64,000 nucleotides of DNA from NCBI GenBank assembly GCA_963790305.1, contig CAWBOC010000009.1, positions 128,001 to 192,000 on the forward strand. Reading direction: 5' to 3'. A program made the translations under genes and the position numbers. Shown here in pieces: positions 9,497-20,135 of the stretch (within the stretch, counting starts at the first letter, position 1; every line of letters begins with the position of its first letter). The DNA is from an uncultured Gemmatimonadaceae bacterium. Lineage in GTDB: Bacteria > Gemmatimonadota > Gemmatimonadetes > Gemmatimonadales > Gemmatimonadaceae. The notes below the pieces were generated by a model. It was not told the origin of the DNA. It worked only from the letters and a program-made list of their open reading frames with translations, and made no database searches.

Positions 9497-9529
9497 AGAG
9501 GGACGAGAGGAAGCACCTCTCGTCCCTCT
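9497..9529. repeat. 14-bp hairpin with GAGAGG/GAGGGA periodic arms after the tRNA
   Basis: AGAGGGACGAGAGG-aagca-CCTCTCGTCCCTCT, continuing as tccctca ttttctc. Confidence 0.7.
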
Positions 9530-9549
9530 TCCCTCATTTTCTCGTCTGA

Positions 9550-11004
9550 ATGCCTGAGCCTCGATTGCGATTCGCGCCCTCTCCCACTGGATATCTGCAC
9601 GTGGGCGGCGCGCGCACCGCCCTCTTCAACTGGCTCTTCGTGCGCAAGCATGGGGGCCAGTTTCTGCTCCGTATCGAGGACACCGACAAGGCACGCAGCA
9701 CCGACGAGAGCACCCGGGCCATCTTCGAGGGGCTCGAGTGGCTGGGCCTGGATTGGGATGAGGAAGTCGTCCATCAGGGTGCGAACCTCGATCGCCATCA
9801 ACAGGACGTCGAGCGTCTGCTGGCCGGCAATGCCGCCTATCGCTGCTTCTGCACGGCGGCCGAGCTGGACGAGCGGCGCAAGGCCGCCGAAGCGCGCAAG
9901 GAGAGCTTCAAGTACGATCGGCGGTGCGACCGGCTGGCACCTGGGGAGGTCTCCGGGCGCGTCGCGGCGGGCGAGCCGTTCGCCGTACGCTTCCGCGTTC
10001 CCGAGGGCGAGACTGCGTGGGACGACATCGTCCACGGCGTCATCGCATTTCCGAACAAGGATATCGAGGATTTCGTCATCCTGCGATCGGATGGGACGCC
10101 GATCTACAACATGGCCGTCGTATCCGACGACATCGCCATGCGCATCACGCTCGTTATGCGTGGTGATGACCATATCTCGAACACCCCCAAGCAGATTTTG
10201 CTCTACCGCGCGCTCGGCACCGAGGTGCCGCAATTCGCACACGTGCCAATGATTCATGGGCTCGATGGCAAAAAGCTCAGCAAGCGGCATGGAGCGACCG
10301 CCGTTGGCGACTATCGCCATCAGGGGATCTTGCCGAGCGCCATGGTCAACTTTCTGGCGCTGCTCGGATGGTCGCCGGGCGGCGATCGCGAGGTCATGTC
10401 GCTCCAGGAAATGGTCGAGCTGTTCTCGACCGAGGGGCTCCAGAAGAAGGCGGCCATTTTCGATCCGAAGAAGCTGGAATGGATGAATGGGCAGCACCTC
10501 AGCCGCACTCCGGCATTCGAGCTGGAGCCGCTCGTCACACCGCTCATGCTGGAGGCGAGGCTCGCCACAGCGGACGAGCTCGCGGCGCGTCGTGACTGGT
10601 ACCGCGCGCTGATCGACCTCCTGAAGATCCGCGCCCGAGCCGTCGGCGACATCGTGAGGCAGGCTGCGCCATACTTCGCGGTGGACATTCCATACGAGGA
10701 GCAGGCTGCTCGACAGCACTGGAAGGATGCGGCTGCGACTGCGGAGCTCCTGCGCGCGACACGTCAGCGATTGGCTTCTGTCGAGCCGTGGACACCCGAG
10801 TCATTGGAGCAGGCGCTGCGCGAGCTCGCCGAGCAACGTGGGGTAGCGGCCGGAAAAATCTTCCAGCCGCTTCGCGTGGCGCTCACGGGAATGAGTGCGA
10901 GTCCGGGTATCTTCGAGGTGCTGGTCGCAATGGGGCGTGCGTTGGCGTTGCACCGGCTCGACAACGCGTTGCGATGGCTCGACGAGCGGCCCGAGGCCGC
11001 ATGA
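9550..11004 (+). CDS. gltX: Glutamyl-tRNA synthetase
   Basis: RFAPSPTGYLHVGG (HIGH), LRIEDTD, KLSKR (KMSKS). Confidence 0.98.
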   Translation: MPEPRLRFAPSPTGYLHVGGARTALFNWLFVRKHGGQFLLRIEDTDKARSTDESTRAIFEGLEWLGLDWDEEVVHQGANLDRHQQDVERLLAGNAAYRCFCTAAELDERRKAAEARKESFKYDRRCDRLAPGEVSGRVAAGEPFAVRFRVPEGETAWDDIVHGVIAFPNKDIEDFVILRSDGTPIYNMAVVSDDIAMRITLVMRGDDHISNTPKQILLYRALGTEVPQFAHVPMIHGLDGKKLSKRHGATAVGDYRHQGILPSAMVNFLALLGWSPGGDREVMSLQEMVELFSTEGLQKKAAIFDPKKLEWMNGQHLSRTPAFELEPLVTPLMLEARLATADELAARRDWYRALIDLLKIRARAVGDIVRQAAPYFAVDIPYEEQAARQHWKDAAATAELLRATRQRLASVEPWTPESLEQALRELAEQRGVAAGKIFQPLRVALTGMSASPGIFEVLVAMGRALALHRLDNALRWLDERPEAA

Positions 11005-11031
11005 TATTCACGTCACAAACACGCCGCAGTG

Positions 11032-11060
11032 TTGACCGAGCATCCAGGCCATTATAGGTT
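11032..11060 (+). promoter_or_regulatory. Probable lexA promoter
   Basis: TTGACC-17 bp-TAGGTT; flanked by short palindromes (see findings). Confidence 0.5.
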
Positions 11061-11121
11061 CCCGGATGAACATCTCCGGGAGACGGTCTCGCCGCTTCTC
11101 CCCATTTCGCCCGAGGTCGTC

Positions 11122-11787
11122 ATGCCCGACCCGCTAACCCCGATTGAGCAGCGGGTGTATCACTATCTGCTCGATTTTCTCTGCGACAACACGTATCAGC
11201 CGAGCGTGCGTGAGATTGGGAAGCAGTTCCAGATCAAGTCCACGAAGACCGTTTCCGAGCTGCTCCAGTCGCTGGCTGATAAGGGATACATTGAACGCGA
11301 TCCGTCACGCTCGCGTGGCGTGAAGCTGCTTGGCCATGAAGCCAAGCGGCGCACGCAACCCGTGCCTTATTACGGCAAGATCGCCGCTGGCGAGCCCGCG
11401 CTGCTGCCCGAGAACAGAAAGGGGTTCATCACGCTGGACCGGCGCTTCCTGCCTGGCCCCGAAGTGTTCTTCCTGCGTGTCGAGGGCGAGAGCATGATCG
11501 GCCGCGGGATCCTCGACGGCGATTACGTGCTCATCCAGGAGAAGGACGCCAAGGACGGGGACATCGTCGCCGCACGTATCGGCGACGAGGCCACGATCAA
11601 GACACTGCGGCGTCGCGACGGCAAGATCGTCCTCGAGCCCGCGAATCCCGCGGAGAAGGAAATCGTCGTTCCCAAGGGAAGCGACTTCTCGGTACTGGGT
11701 GTGGCAGCGGGTGTGTTTCGCCCCTTCAGCGAGATGCAGATCGTCGACGAGGACACCAGCAACGGCAACGGGGCCAGCCACGCCTGA
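11122..11787 (+). CDS. lexA: SOS repressor LexA
   Basis: PSVREIG winged HTH, IAAG cleavage site, GESM catalytic Ser, ATIK catalytic Lys. Confidence 0.96.
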   Translation: MPDPLTPIEQRVYHYLLDFLCDNTYQPSVREIGKQFQIKSTKTVSELLQSLADKGYIERDPSRSRGVKLLGHEAKRRTQPVPYYGKIAAGEPALLPENRKGFITLDRRFLPGPEVFFLRVEGESMIGRGILDGDYVLIQEKDAKDGDIVAARIGDEATIKTLRRRDGKIVLEPANPAEKEIVVPKGSDFSVLGVAAGVFRPFSEMQIVDEDTSNGNGASHA

Positions 11788-11791
11788 CGAG

Positions 11792-11819
11792 GCGCGGCGC
11801 TACGGCGCCGCGCTTTTTT
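11792..11819 (+). terminator. Intrinsic terminator of lexA
   Basis: GCGCGGCGC-TACG-GCGCCGCGC-TTTTTT; overlaps the 3' end of the convergent gene. Confidence 0.8.
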
Positions 11820-12663
11820 GTTCCTTCGCCTTCTTCTCGCTTTCCTCGCGCGCTTCGCGTCGCTCGCGCTCCTTCCGCTCGCGGATGCGTTTCACCGCCG
11901 TGCGGAATTCCTCGGCGTTCATGGCGCGGGGCGCGTTGTAGTTGATGTCCTGCGTCATCGCGCGAATCGTGCGCGCACGATCCCCAACCTGCGGGTTCGA
12001 CGCGACCCCGTCGAGAATGCCCCCCTGCGCGAGCGCGGCGCCGAGGCCGAGGAGCTCGTTGGGAATCGTGACACCGCCGAGATGGATTCCCTCGGCGTCC
12101 CATCCGTACTTCTTCCCATCCTTGGTCCAGCTCCAGTCGCCCGGTTTGCGTTGACCGCTGGCCAGAGCGATGGAGTCGCGCACTCGCTGGGTCCCCGACA
12201 CGAGCATGCTGTCGAGCTGTTCCGACAGGCTGCGAGGAAGCGCGAGCACCTGGGCGTTCGGGTCCGTCCACACGCGCGGATCGGAATACGACGGAACGAT
12301 CCCGCGAACGGGACCGCCTCGACCCACCAACGGCCCACTCCCGCCGATCTCCTCGCGCGGGGGTGTAGCCGGCGCCGGCGGGATCGTCGAAGGTGTCTCG
12401 GAGGGTGCCACGAGCGGCTGGGCAGGCCTCGGTGGGCTGTTCGGCCGCTCAGGGAGGCCATCTCCTCCGCTGCGACCGGGCGTCGTCTCTCCCAGATTCG
12501 GAATCGAGATGAAGCTGATCTGCTCGGGTGCGACGCGCGGACGCGTCCGCTCGAGCAGCTCCCGCAGCGGGTACGGAATGGAGAACACCCACAGCAGAAA
12601 CGCGCCGAAGGCGAGGTGGAGCGCGATCGAGACCGCGACCGAGCCGTCGACGCGATGCTTCAT
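11800..12663 (-). CDS. Hypothetical membrane-anchored Pro-rich protein (TonB/TolA-like N-anchor)
   Basis: SIALH TM anchor, Pro-rich linker, charged C-terminal helix; ATGA overlap with the upstream gene. Confidence 0.6.
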   Translation of the reverse strand: MKHRVDGSVAVSIALHLAFGAFLLWVFSIPYPLRELLERTRPRVAPEQISFISIPNLGETTPGRSGGDGLPERPNSPPRPAQPLVAPSETPSTIPPAPATPPREEIGGSGPLVGRGGPVRGIVPSYSDPRVWTDPNAQVLALPRSLSEQLDSMLVSGTQRVRDSIALASGQRKPGDWSWTKDGKKYGWDAEGIHLGGVTIPNELLGLGAALAQGGILDGVASNPQVGDRARTIRAMTQDINYNAPRAMNAEEFRTAVKRIRERKERERREAREESEKKAKEQKSAAP

Positions 12664-13845
12664 GAGACCGACGCCCCGAACGACGCCAGGACGCGCCCGG
12701 CGCGCGTGGCGGCTTCCGTCAGCCGCTCCGGTGGGACAATGAACGAGACGCGGAAGAATCCCTCACCCGCCGCGCCGAATGCCGCTCCCGGAAGCACGAT
12801 TACACCCTCGTCGCTCATGAGACGCTCCGCGAAGGCCGCACTTGCAATGCCGTCCGGAAGTGTAACCCAAAGATACATGGTCGCGCGCGGCACCTCGCAC
12901 GCAAATCCGTTCGCGCGGAACGCCGACACGGCCGCATCGCGACGGGCACGGAAAATCTCGAGATTGCCGGGAAGAAAGTCGCTCCAGCTCTCGAGTGCGG
13001 CAATTCCCGCGGCCTGGACGGCCATGAACGCTCCCGTGTCGATGAACGACTTCACCTTTGCGAGGACCCCGGCAAGCTCCGGGCGCGCCACAGCCCACCC
13101 GCAGCGCCAGCCGGTCATGTTGTACGTCTTCGAGAGCGAATGGAACTCGATGGCGACGTCTCGCGCGCCGTCCACCTCGAAGATACTCGCGGGGCGATAC
13201 CCATCATACGCGAGCTCGGAGTAGGCGTTGTCATACACTAGCAGGGCGTCGAGTTCCCTGCACCGCCCGACGAGCCGCTCGAGGTAGTCGCGCGGGGCAG
13301 TCGCGGCGGTCGGGTTGTTGGGGTAATTGACGTACACCATGCGCGTTTTCGCCAGGATCTCGCGCGGGAGCTGGTCGAGCTCGAGCAGGAAGCCCTTCGC
13401 GCTGGCGGAGCGCCACCACGTGCGGGGTGGCGTCGGCGAGCATGGCGCCGCCCAGATAGGCGAGATACCCCGGTTCGGGAATGACACAAACGTCCCCAGG
13501 CTCGGCGAACCCAAAGGCCGTGTGGGCAATGCCTTCCTTGGACCCGATCAGCGGGACGATCTCCTTGAGAGGATCGAAGGTGAGACCGAAGCGACGGCTC
13601 ATCCACCCCGAGATCGCCTCGCGAAAGGCAGGGAGTCCCAGGCCGAAGCCGTAGCGGCTCATTCGAGGGTCACGCGCCGCCCTGTCCAACGCGTCGACGA
13701 CCGCTGGAGGAGGCGCGAGATCGGCATCGCCCGCGCCGAGGTCGATGACGTCGACCCCTTGCGCGAGCAAGTCCCGCTTCCGCTGCGGGATGGCAGCCAG
13801 GGGATACTCGGGGAGAAGGCGAACGCGAGCGGCGGGCGTGGGCAC
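12660..13845 (-). CDS. Class I/II PLP aminotransferase, LL-diaminopimelate aminotransferase-like (frameshift near 13395)
   Basis: VIDLGAGD and LIGSKEG in one frame; NYPNNPT, YDNAYSE and SLSKTYNMTGWR in the next. Confidence 0.85.
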
Positions 13846-14460
13846 TATTGGTCGGCGCGGACAGGGTTGGTGACGCGACTGACACCGACGATCTCGACGT
13901 CGACGACGTCTCCGGGGACCAACGGACCGACTCCGGCTGGCGTTCCGGTTGCGATCACGTCGCCCGGAAGCAGCGTCATGATCCCTGAGATGTACGCGAT
14001 GAGCCGGGAGGGACCGAACACCATGTCTCTCGCCGTCGCGCGCTGCCGCTCGACGCCGTTGACACGGGTGACCAGCTCGAGCTCGTCCAGCCTCTGTGGT
14101 GCGGCGCCCTCGGCGCCGAGCGGGCAAAACGTATCGAACCCTTTTGCTCGCGTCCATTGACCGTCGGTCTTCTGGAGATCGCGCGCCGTGACATCGTTGA
14201 CGGCGACGACTCCTCGGATGCACTTCGCGGCGTCACGCTCGTCCACCCGATAGGCGCGCGTCGCGATCACGATTCCGATCTCGCCCTCGTACTCGACGCG
14301 CTGGGACGCGCGAGGAAGGACGATGGCTTCTCCATCCCCGATCACGCTCGACGGCGGCTTCATGAAGATCAGCGGCGCCTTGGGAACTTCGTTCCCGAGC
14401 TCCTTGGCGTGGTCGGCGTAGTTTCGGCCGACGCAAATGATCTTGGACGGGATGAGGCAT
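13845..14460 (-). CDS. Fumarylacetoacetate hydrolase family protein
   Basis: KIICVGRNY, YEGE, NDVTARD, AKGFDTF, TGTPAGVG. Start is either ATG 14460 with one extra C, or GTG 14534 reading through the repeat. Confidence 0.9.
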
Positions 14461-14462
14461 TT

Positions 14463-14544
14463 GGGGTCAGGAGTCAGGGACCAGGGGTCAGGATTCGAGG
14501 TCTCAGGCGCGCGCGCGCAGGTCTGCCTACTCACTCCTGACCCT
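14463..14544. repeat. Heptamer (GGGGTCA/GGAGTCA) inverted element with a short right arm
   Basis: ggggtca ggagtca gggacca ggggtca ... actcctgaccc. Confidence 0.75.
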
Positions 14545-17055
14545 CAGAAAAAAAATCCCGTAGCTCGACGAGAATGCTCGTCCAGGCACCGACCACCCGT
14601 TTCGCCGGCGGCAGCCCCGCCAGCAACCCACGCCCGTACGACTTGGTGATCACCCGTGGATCGCAGAGCACCACCGCGCCCTGATCGGTCGCCGTTCGGA
14701 TGAGGCGTCCAAATCCCTGCTTGAGCCGCAGCGCCGCGTTCGGAAGCATGTACTCCCGGAACGAGTCACCGCCGCGCTTCTCGATCTCTTCACAGTGCGC
14801 GGCCGTCAGCGGCTCCGTCGGAACGCGAAAGGGGAGCTTCGCGAGCACCAGCCCGCGCAGCGCGCGGCCTGGAACGTCAATGCCTTCCCAGAAGGATGCG
14901 GTGCCGAGGAGCACCGCGCTTCCGGATTCGCGGAAGCGACGCAGCAGCGCGTCCCTCCCATCATCGCCGTGCACGAGCAGCGGCCACCGCCGCTCGATCC
15001 CGCGCGCCCGCACTTCGGTGGCGGCGAGCCGCACATCGCGGTGACTCGTGAACAGCACGAAGATGCCGCCATCGCTCGCGTCGGCGACGTCCAGCGCGAT
15101 GCGGACGACCGCCTGCAAATGCGCGTGCGCATCGGCATTCGGCGCGGGGATGTCCGTGGGAATCGCGAGGATCGCCTGACGAGGGTACTGGAACGGCGAG
15201 TCGAAGACGCCCGTCACCGGCGCGAGTGCGGGATCGTCGAGTCCAAGGCGCGTGGCGAGAAACCGGAAACCGTTGTCATCGGCGAGCGTCGCGCTGGTGA
15301 GCACCGCCGTGTCGACGCGGCGGAACAGATCCTCGCGCAGGATCGGAGCGAGATCGAGCGGGACCACCGTGGCCGCGACGTTGGCCTCGCGGCCCTTGAG
15401 CTCGACCCATCGCACCGACGGCTCCGCCTCTTTCGGCGGATCCAGCGTGCGACGAAGCCCGTCGCCTAACGCTTCCAGCCGGCGCGTCACGCCGCGCATT
15501 TCCGCGAGCAGCGACGCAACGGCATCACGGCGCGCCGAATCCGCCTCGAGGCGCTCGCGCACGAGGCGCAGCCCATCCTCGAGGAGCGCGATCTCCCCGA
15601 GAGCGTCGGCGAGCGCGGTCCGAAGCCCGGCCGCCCACACCGGGTGAGCGGCGAAGTCCTCGGTGAGCCGCATGACCGGTTGGCCGTGCTGCTTGAGCAG
15701 TATCTCGAGAATGTCGAAGACGCGACCGCCCTTCTCGCGCGCCCCATAGACCGCGGGCGCGAGCCGCGCGTTCACGAGGTCGAGGCTCGCGCGTGCTGAG
15801 CAGGTCGCGCTGAGACGACAGCCGCATCGTGAGCGCCGTCAGAAGGCCCTTTCCCCTTCGATCGAGCCGATTGAGCAGCCGGACCAGCCCTCGTCGCGTC
15901 ACCGTCGTTCCGAGGTGCGACTGCGCCGCATCCTCCACGTGATGCGCTTCGTCGATCACCAGACGTCGATATGCCGGCAGGACGGCCGCGTCACTCCAGT
16001 TCTGCTGCGCCCGCCGCACCGCGAGGTCCGACATGAGGAGATGGTGGTTCACGACGATGACGTCTGCCTGTGCCGCCGCCCGGCGCGCGCGAAAGAGAAA
16101 GCATTTGTCGAAATGCTCGCACTTCAGTCGGCCGCAGAGGTCGGGCTCGGCCGCGACCTCGTCCCACACCTCTGGCCGCGGCGGGCGTGGCGAGATCGGC
16201 GAGCGATCCATCGGTCGTGCGCTCCGCCCATGCCCGCACCTCCTCCAGCTCGCGGGCGAGGGGTGCATCGAACAGCCCGCCGGCGGCGTTCGCGTTCTCG
16301 AGGCGCCACAGACAGAGATAGTTCCTCCACCCCTTGAGGAGGACGTAGCGCACGGGCTGGTCATCGAGTGCGCCCTCGAGGAATGGCAGATCCTTGCCGA
16401 CCAGCTGCTCCTGGAGGTTGATCGTGTTCGTCGAAACGACGGTGCGCTCGCCATTGGCCGCCGCCCAGCGGAGCGCCGGGAGCAGGTAGCCTAACGACTT
16501 GCCGACGCCGGTGCCCGCCTCGAGCAATCCGACCCCCCCGTCGTTGTAGAGCGCGGTGACCGCGGCCGCCATGTCCCGCTGCGTCGGGCGGTCTTCATAT
16601 TGGCTCAGCCGCTGCGCCACCGGCCCGCCGGGCCCGAGTGCCGCGGTCACGACGTCCGGATCGAGCCGCGTCGTATCCGCTGCACGCGGCACCTCCACCA
16701 CGACGTACAGCGATCGCGCATCGTTGTCGATGATGCCGAAGCCAACGCCGCCGTCGTGCATCCGCGCCGCAACCTCGAGGTCGGCGTCCGATGGCTCGAG
16801 CTCCCCCGTCGGATGGTTATGCAGCAGCATCTCCCCCCGCTGCGCGACCCCCGGAAGCGCGATGACGCTGCGCACGTCTCCGCGCGACACGACCCGTGCC
16901 GCGCACACGCAGCCGTCATCGTCGAGCTGCGCGACGAAACACACTTCCCTCCCCCCTGCGAGTCGTATTGCGGCGCGCATCGCGGCGCCCGCCGCCTTCC
17001 CGATACGGGAAGGTGAATGCGGATTGCGGATTGCGGATTGCGGTCGCTCCGACAC
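14531..17055 (-). CDS. dinG: DinG/XPD-family Fe-S helicase with N-terminal JAB/MPN (RadC-like) domain (frameshifts near 16185 and 15790)
   Basis: HNHPTGELEPSDAD; EAGTGVGKS; four Fe-S Cys; IDEAH; SATL; FWEGID; QGFGRLIR, spread over three frames. Confidence 0.88.
17015..17043. repeat. Heptamer tandem repeat (GATTGCG)x4
   Basis: gaatgcg gattgcg gattgcg gattgcg at the 5' end of dinG. Confidence 0.8.
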
Positions 17056-17065
17056 GACCGCGCGG

Positions 17066-17137
17066 CGTGCGAAGTCGTCGAGTTGTCACGCGCACGCCTC
17101 GAGCACCTCGACGACCTCGACGCACCTCGATCACCTC
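17066..17137. repeat. Degenerate 9-nt inverted element (CACCTCGAC family)
   Basis: gaagtcgtcgag ... cctcgagca cctcgacga cctcgacgca cctcgatca cctc; abuts the stop codon at 17136. Confidence 0.75.
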
Positions 17138-18414
17138 AGGTCTTCAACGGCTTCTTCTTCGCCGCCGGAAACAGCACGTTGTTGAGGATCAGCCGATAGC
17201 CCGGCGAATTCGGATGGAGCGAAAGATCCGTCGGGGGATTGCCGATGCCGTGCTGCGGGTCCTCCGGATCGTGGCCACCGAGGTAGGTCCAGCTGCCCTT
17301 CCCGTAGTTGCCGTGGAGGTACTTCGCCCACGGCGCACCCTCCTCCTCGGCGAGGACGCTCACGCCCGGCTTCAGCACGCGTCGCATGAAGCTCGTGGTC
17401 ACTCCGTAGAAGTCCGGGATCACCGTGCGGTGGTTCTGCACGAGGATCGTCTCGACCGGATCGAATTTCGCGCTGAAGCTGAACAGCGTGAAGGTTCCGA
17501 GTGGCTGGCGGCGGCCGGGAACGTTCACCTGATGCCCGTCGATGTCGCTCTGCGCGTTGACGAATGGCGACTGCTCCAGATGGGCGTTCGCGAACGCGAA
17601 CGACCGCGCCCAGCGCATCTCTGGCGTCGGCGTTTCCATCGACCGGCGTGCCGTCGGCGAAGTTGCCGGCGATGTCGACGTCGAAGCCGGCCATCGCGAG
17701 CTCGAGCGTCTCCGTAGCACCGCACATCGCGAACAGGAATCCCCCGTTCTCGACGTACTGTCGCAGTCGCTCGCCGACCGCCTTCTTGAGCGCCGGCGGA
17801 TTCGGAAAGCCAAGCCGCTGCGCCAGGGCCTGCGCCGACTGCACCTGCTGGATGAACCAGGGCGCGCCCCGATAGGCAATGTGGAACTTGGAGAACTGCC
17901 CCGTGAAATCCTCGTGGTGCAGATGGAGCCAGTCGTACTTCGCGAGGTCCCCATGGACGACCTCTTCGTCGAACACCGTCGCGTACTCGATGCCGGCGTA
18001 CCGAAGCGCGAGCGTCACGGCATCGTCCCAGGGCGGAGCATCGGGAGGCGTGTAGATCGCCACACGCGGTGCCTTCTCGAGCGGAATGGCATCCATGTTC
18101 CCGCCCGCGATCTCGGCGCGAATTGCCCCCAGTCGCGAGGCGGAGATCGGCTCCACGGTGACCCCGTCGAGGCCCGCGCGGCGACGCACGTCGGCGGCGT
18201 CGGGCAGCAGAAACGATCCGCCCCGGTAGTTGAGAAACCACTCGGCGCGCAGGCCATCCTTGATCGCGTTGTACGTGAGGCCGTACGCCTTGAGATGATT
18301 GCGCTGCTCATCGTCCATGGGGACGAGGAGGAATTGCGCCGCCGCGCGAGCGGGCACGAGCGCGAGCAGCAGAATCCAGACAGCAGCGAACAGCCGCAGA
18401 CGCGGAGTGATCAT
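17136..18414 (-). CDS. Conserved exported protein with class I GATase-like domain (often labelled asparagine synthetase B); frameshift near 17625
   Basis: Signal peptide, HLKAYG, PWDDAVTLAL, LHLHHEDFTGQ, FAMC, GHDPED, GYRLILNNVLFPAA. Confidence 0.75.
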
Positions 18415-18428
18415 GCTCAAAGATAACC

Positions 18429-20135
18429 TCACGACGCCCGGGGAATCGCGCCGCGGGCGAGATCGAGCTCGCGTCGGGCCTGCGGCACGAGCGCGCTATT
18501 GGGGTAGGTGAGGATGAGGTGTTCGAGCCGTTCGACGGCGTCGCCGTGCTTGCCCGCGCGCCGAAGTGCGCGAGCCCATTCGAGGTTCGCCTCCGGTGCT
18601 TCGGGCGCCTCGGCATCCTTGGTTGCCAGCTCACTCCAGAGCAGGATGGCCCGCGCGTCGTCGCGCGTCGCCGCGTGCAGGCGCGCCGCCACAGCGAGCA
18701 GAAGCGTCCGCGCGTCCTCGACTGAGACCGCTGCTTCCTCGAATGCAACCGCGGCGCGAAGCGTGTCGCCGCGCGCGAGCGTGAGGAATGCATTGCCCGT
18801 CGCGGCCGACGTGTCCGCTTTCGTCCGTGCGAGGAGCGCCATCGCCGTGACGAGCTCCGGTGTCGCGCGCCCGCGCACGCGCAGGGTGCGCCGTGCGGCG
18901 GCGAGGTCACCAGAGTAGAGCGACAACCACCCGCCGACCTCGCTGGCCTCCGCCGTTGCGTCATTGCCGAGCAGTGCGCGCGCCCGCGTGACGTCTCCCG
19001 CCCGTACCCACGCCCACGCGACGATCGCACGTTGGCGCCGCTGAAGCTCCGGACTCGCATGGGAGACATATGCATTGAGCGTGCGCTGCGCCTCGGCCGC
19101 GCGTCCCAGCGCCGCCAGCGCCTCGAGCCGCATGGGCAGGGTCACCACCGCCGCTTCTGCCGAGTCGAGCCCTCGCTCTGCCTGCCTGACGAGCTCGAGC
19201 GCGGCTTCCGGATCGTCGGCGTGGAGCGCGGCACGAGCGCCGCGCAAGGCGAGATCCGCCGTCGGCCGCTCGCGAAGCAGTGCCTCGAGCGCGGCGCGTA
19301 CGACGGTCCATGCCTCCGCCTCCTCCGCACGGCGAGCGAACTCGCTCCATGCCGAGAAGGTCGCCGTATCGCGAGGGAGATCGCGGAGGACGCGCCAGGC
19401 ATCCTGCGGCGATCCCCAGTGCAGCTCCAGCGCCGCGAGCACCCGCCGCGCGGCGACGTTGCGTCCGGCCGCCAACAGATCGCGTCGCACTGCCGGCCGC
19501 ATCTCCTGCGGCGTCGCGACGAGAGAGAGAATCGCGGCCTGCTCGAGATAGGGCGCGCGCTCGAGCGCTTCGTACCAGGAGGTCGCGCTGAGCGCCCACT
19601 CACCCATCGCCGCGCGAAGTTGCGCTTGCTCGAGCTCGAGCCCGCGCCCGGTGCCAAGGCGCGTTCTCGCACGCTGAAGTACCGAGTCGGCTGTGCGCAG
19701 CTGACCATCCTGCAGCAGGAGACGGGCGTACTCCCGATATGGTCCCGGGTCGCCGGGCATGTCGCGTGTCCATCGCTCGAACGCCTGATGGACACGATCG
19801 ATGAGGCCGAGGGAGCGGAGCGTGCGAATTTGCGCGGCGCGCAACGCCGGCTCGCGAGGCGCGGCCGCGATCGAGCGCTCGAGAACGGGCAACAGCGAGT
19901 CCGTCCAGCCGAGCTGGGCGTACACACGCTCGAGCCCGAGGAACGCCATGATCGAGCCCGGCGTCTGGCTCAGCGCCTCTCGATAGGCAGCAGCGGCCTC
20001 ACGATACTTCTCATCCTGCTCGAGGAGCAGACCGCGCTGCTCCGCGCTACTGACTTGCTGCGCGGCGGCATGCGCAACGGCGAGGAGCAACAGCGAGCAC
20101 GCGAGCGGGAGGCTACGGACGCTCCGACTCCGCAT
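18429..20135 (-). CDS. Exported tetratricopeptide-repeat protein
   Basis: Signal peptide, Ala-rich helical repeats, C-terminal LILTYPNS..PQAR. Confidence 0.75.
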   Translation of the reverse strand: MRSRSVRSLPLACSLLLLAVAHAAAQQVSSAEQRGLLLEQDEKYREAAAAYREALSQTPGSIMAFLGLERVYAQLGWTDSLLPVLERSIAAAPREPALRAAQIRTLRSLGLIDRVHQAFERWTRDMPGDPGPYREYARLLLQDGQLRTADSVLQRARTRLGTGRGLELEQAQLRAAMGEWALSATSWYEALERAPYLEQAAILSLVATPQEMRPAVRRDLLAAGRNVAARRVLAALELHWGSPQDAWRVLRDLPRDTATFSAWSEFARRAEEAEAWTVVRAALEALLRERPTADLALRGARAALHADDPEAALELVRQAERGLDSAEAAVVTLPMRLEALAALGRAAEAQRTLNAYVSHASPELQRRQRAIVAWAWVRAGDVTRARALLGNDATAEASEVGGWLSLYSGDLAAARRTLRVRGRATPELVTAMALLARTKADTSAATGNAFLTLARGDTLRAAVAFEEAAVSVEDARTLLLAVAARLHAATRDDARAILLWSELATKDAEAPEAPEANLEWARALRRAGKHGDAVERLEHLILTYPNSALVPQARRELDLARGAIPRAS

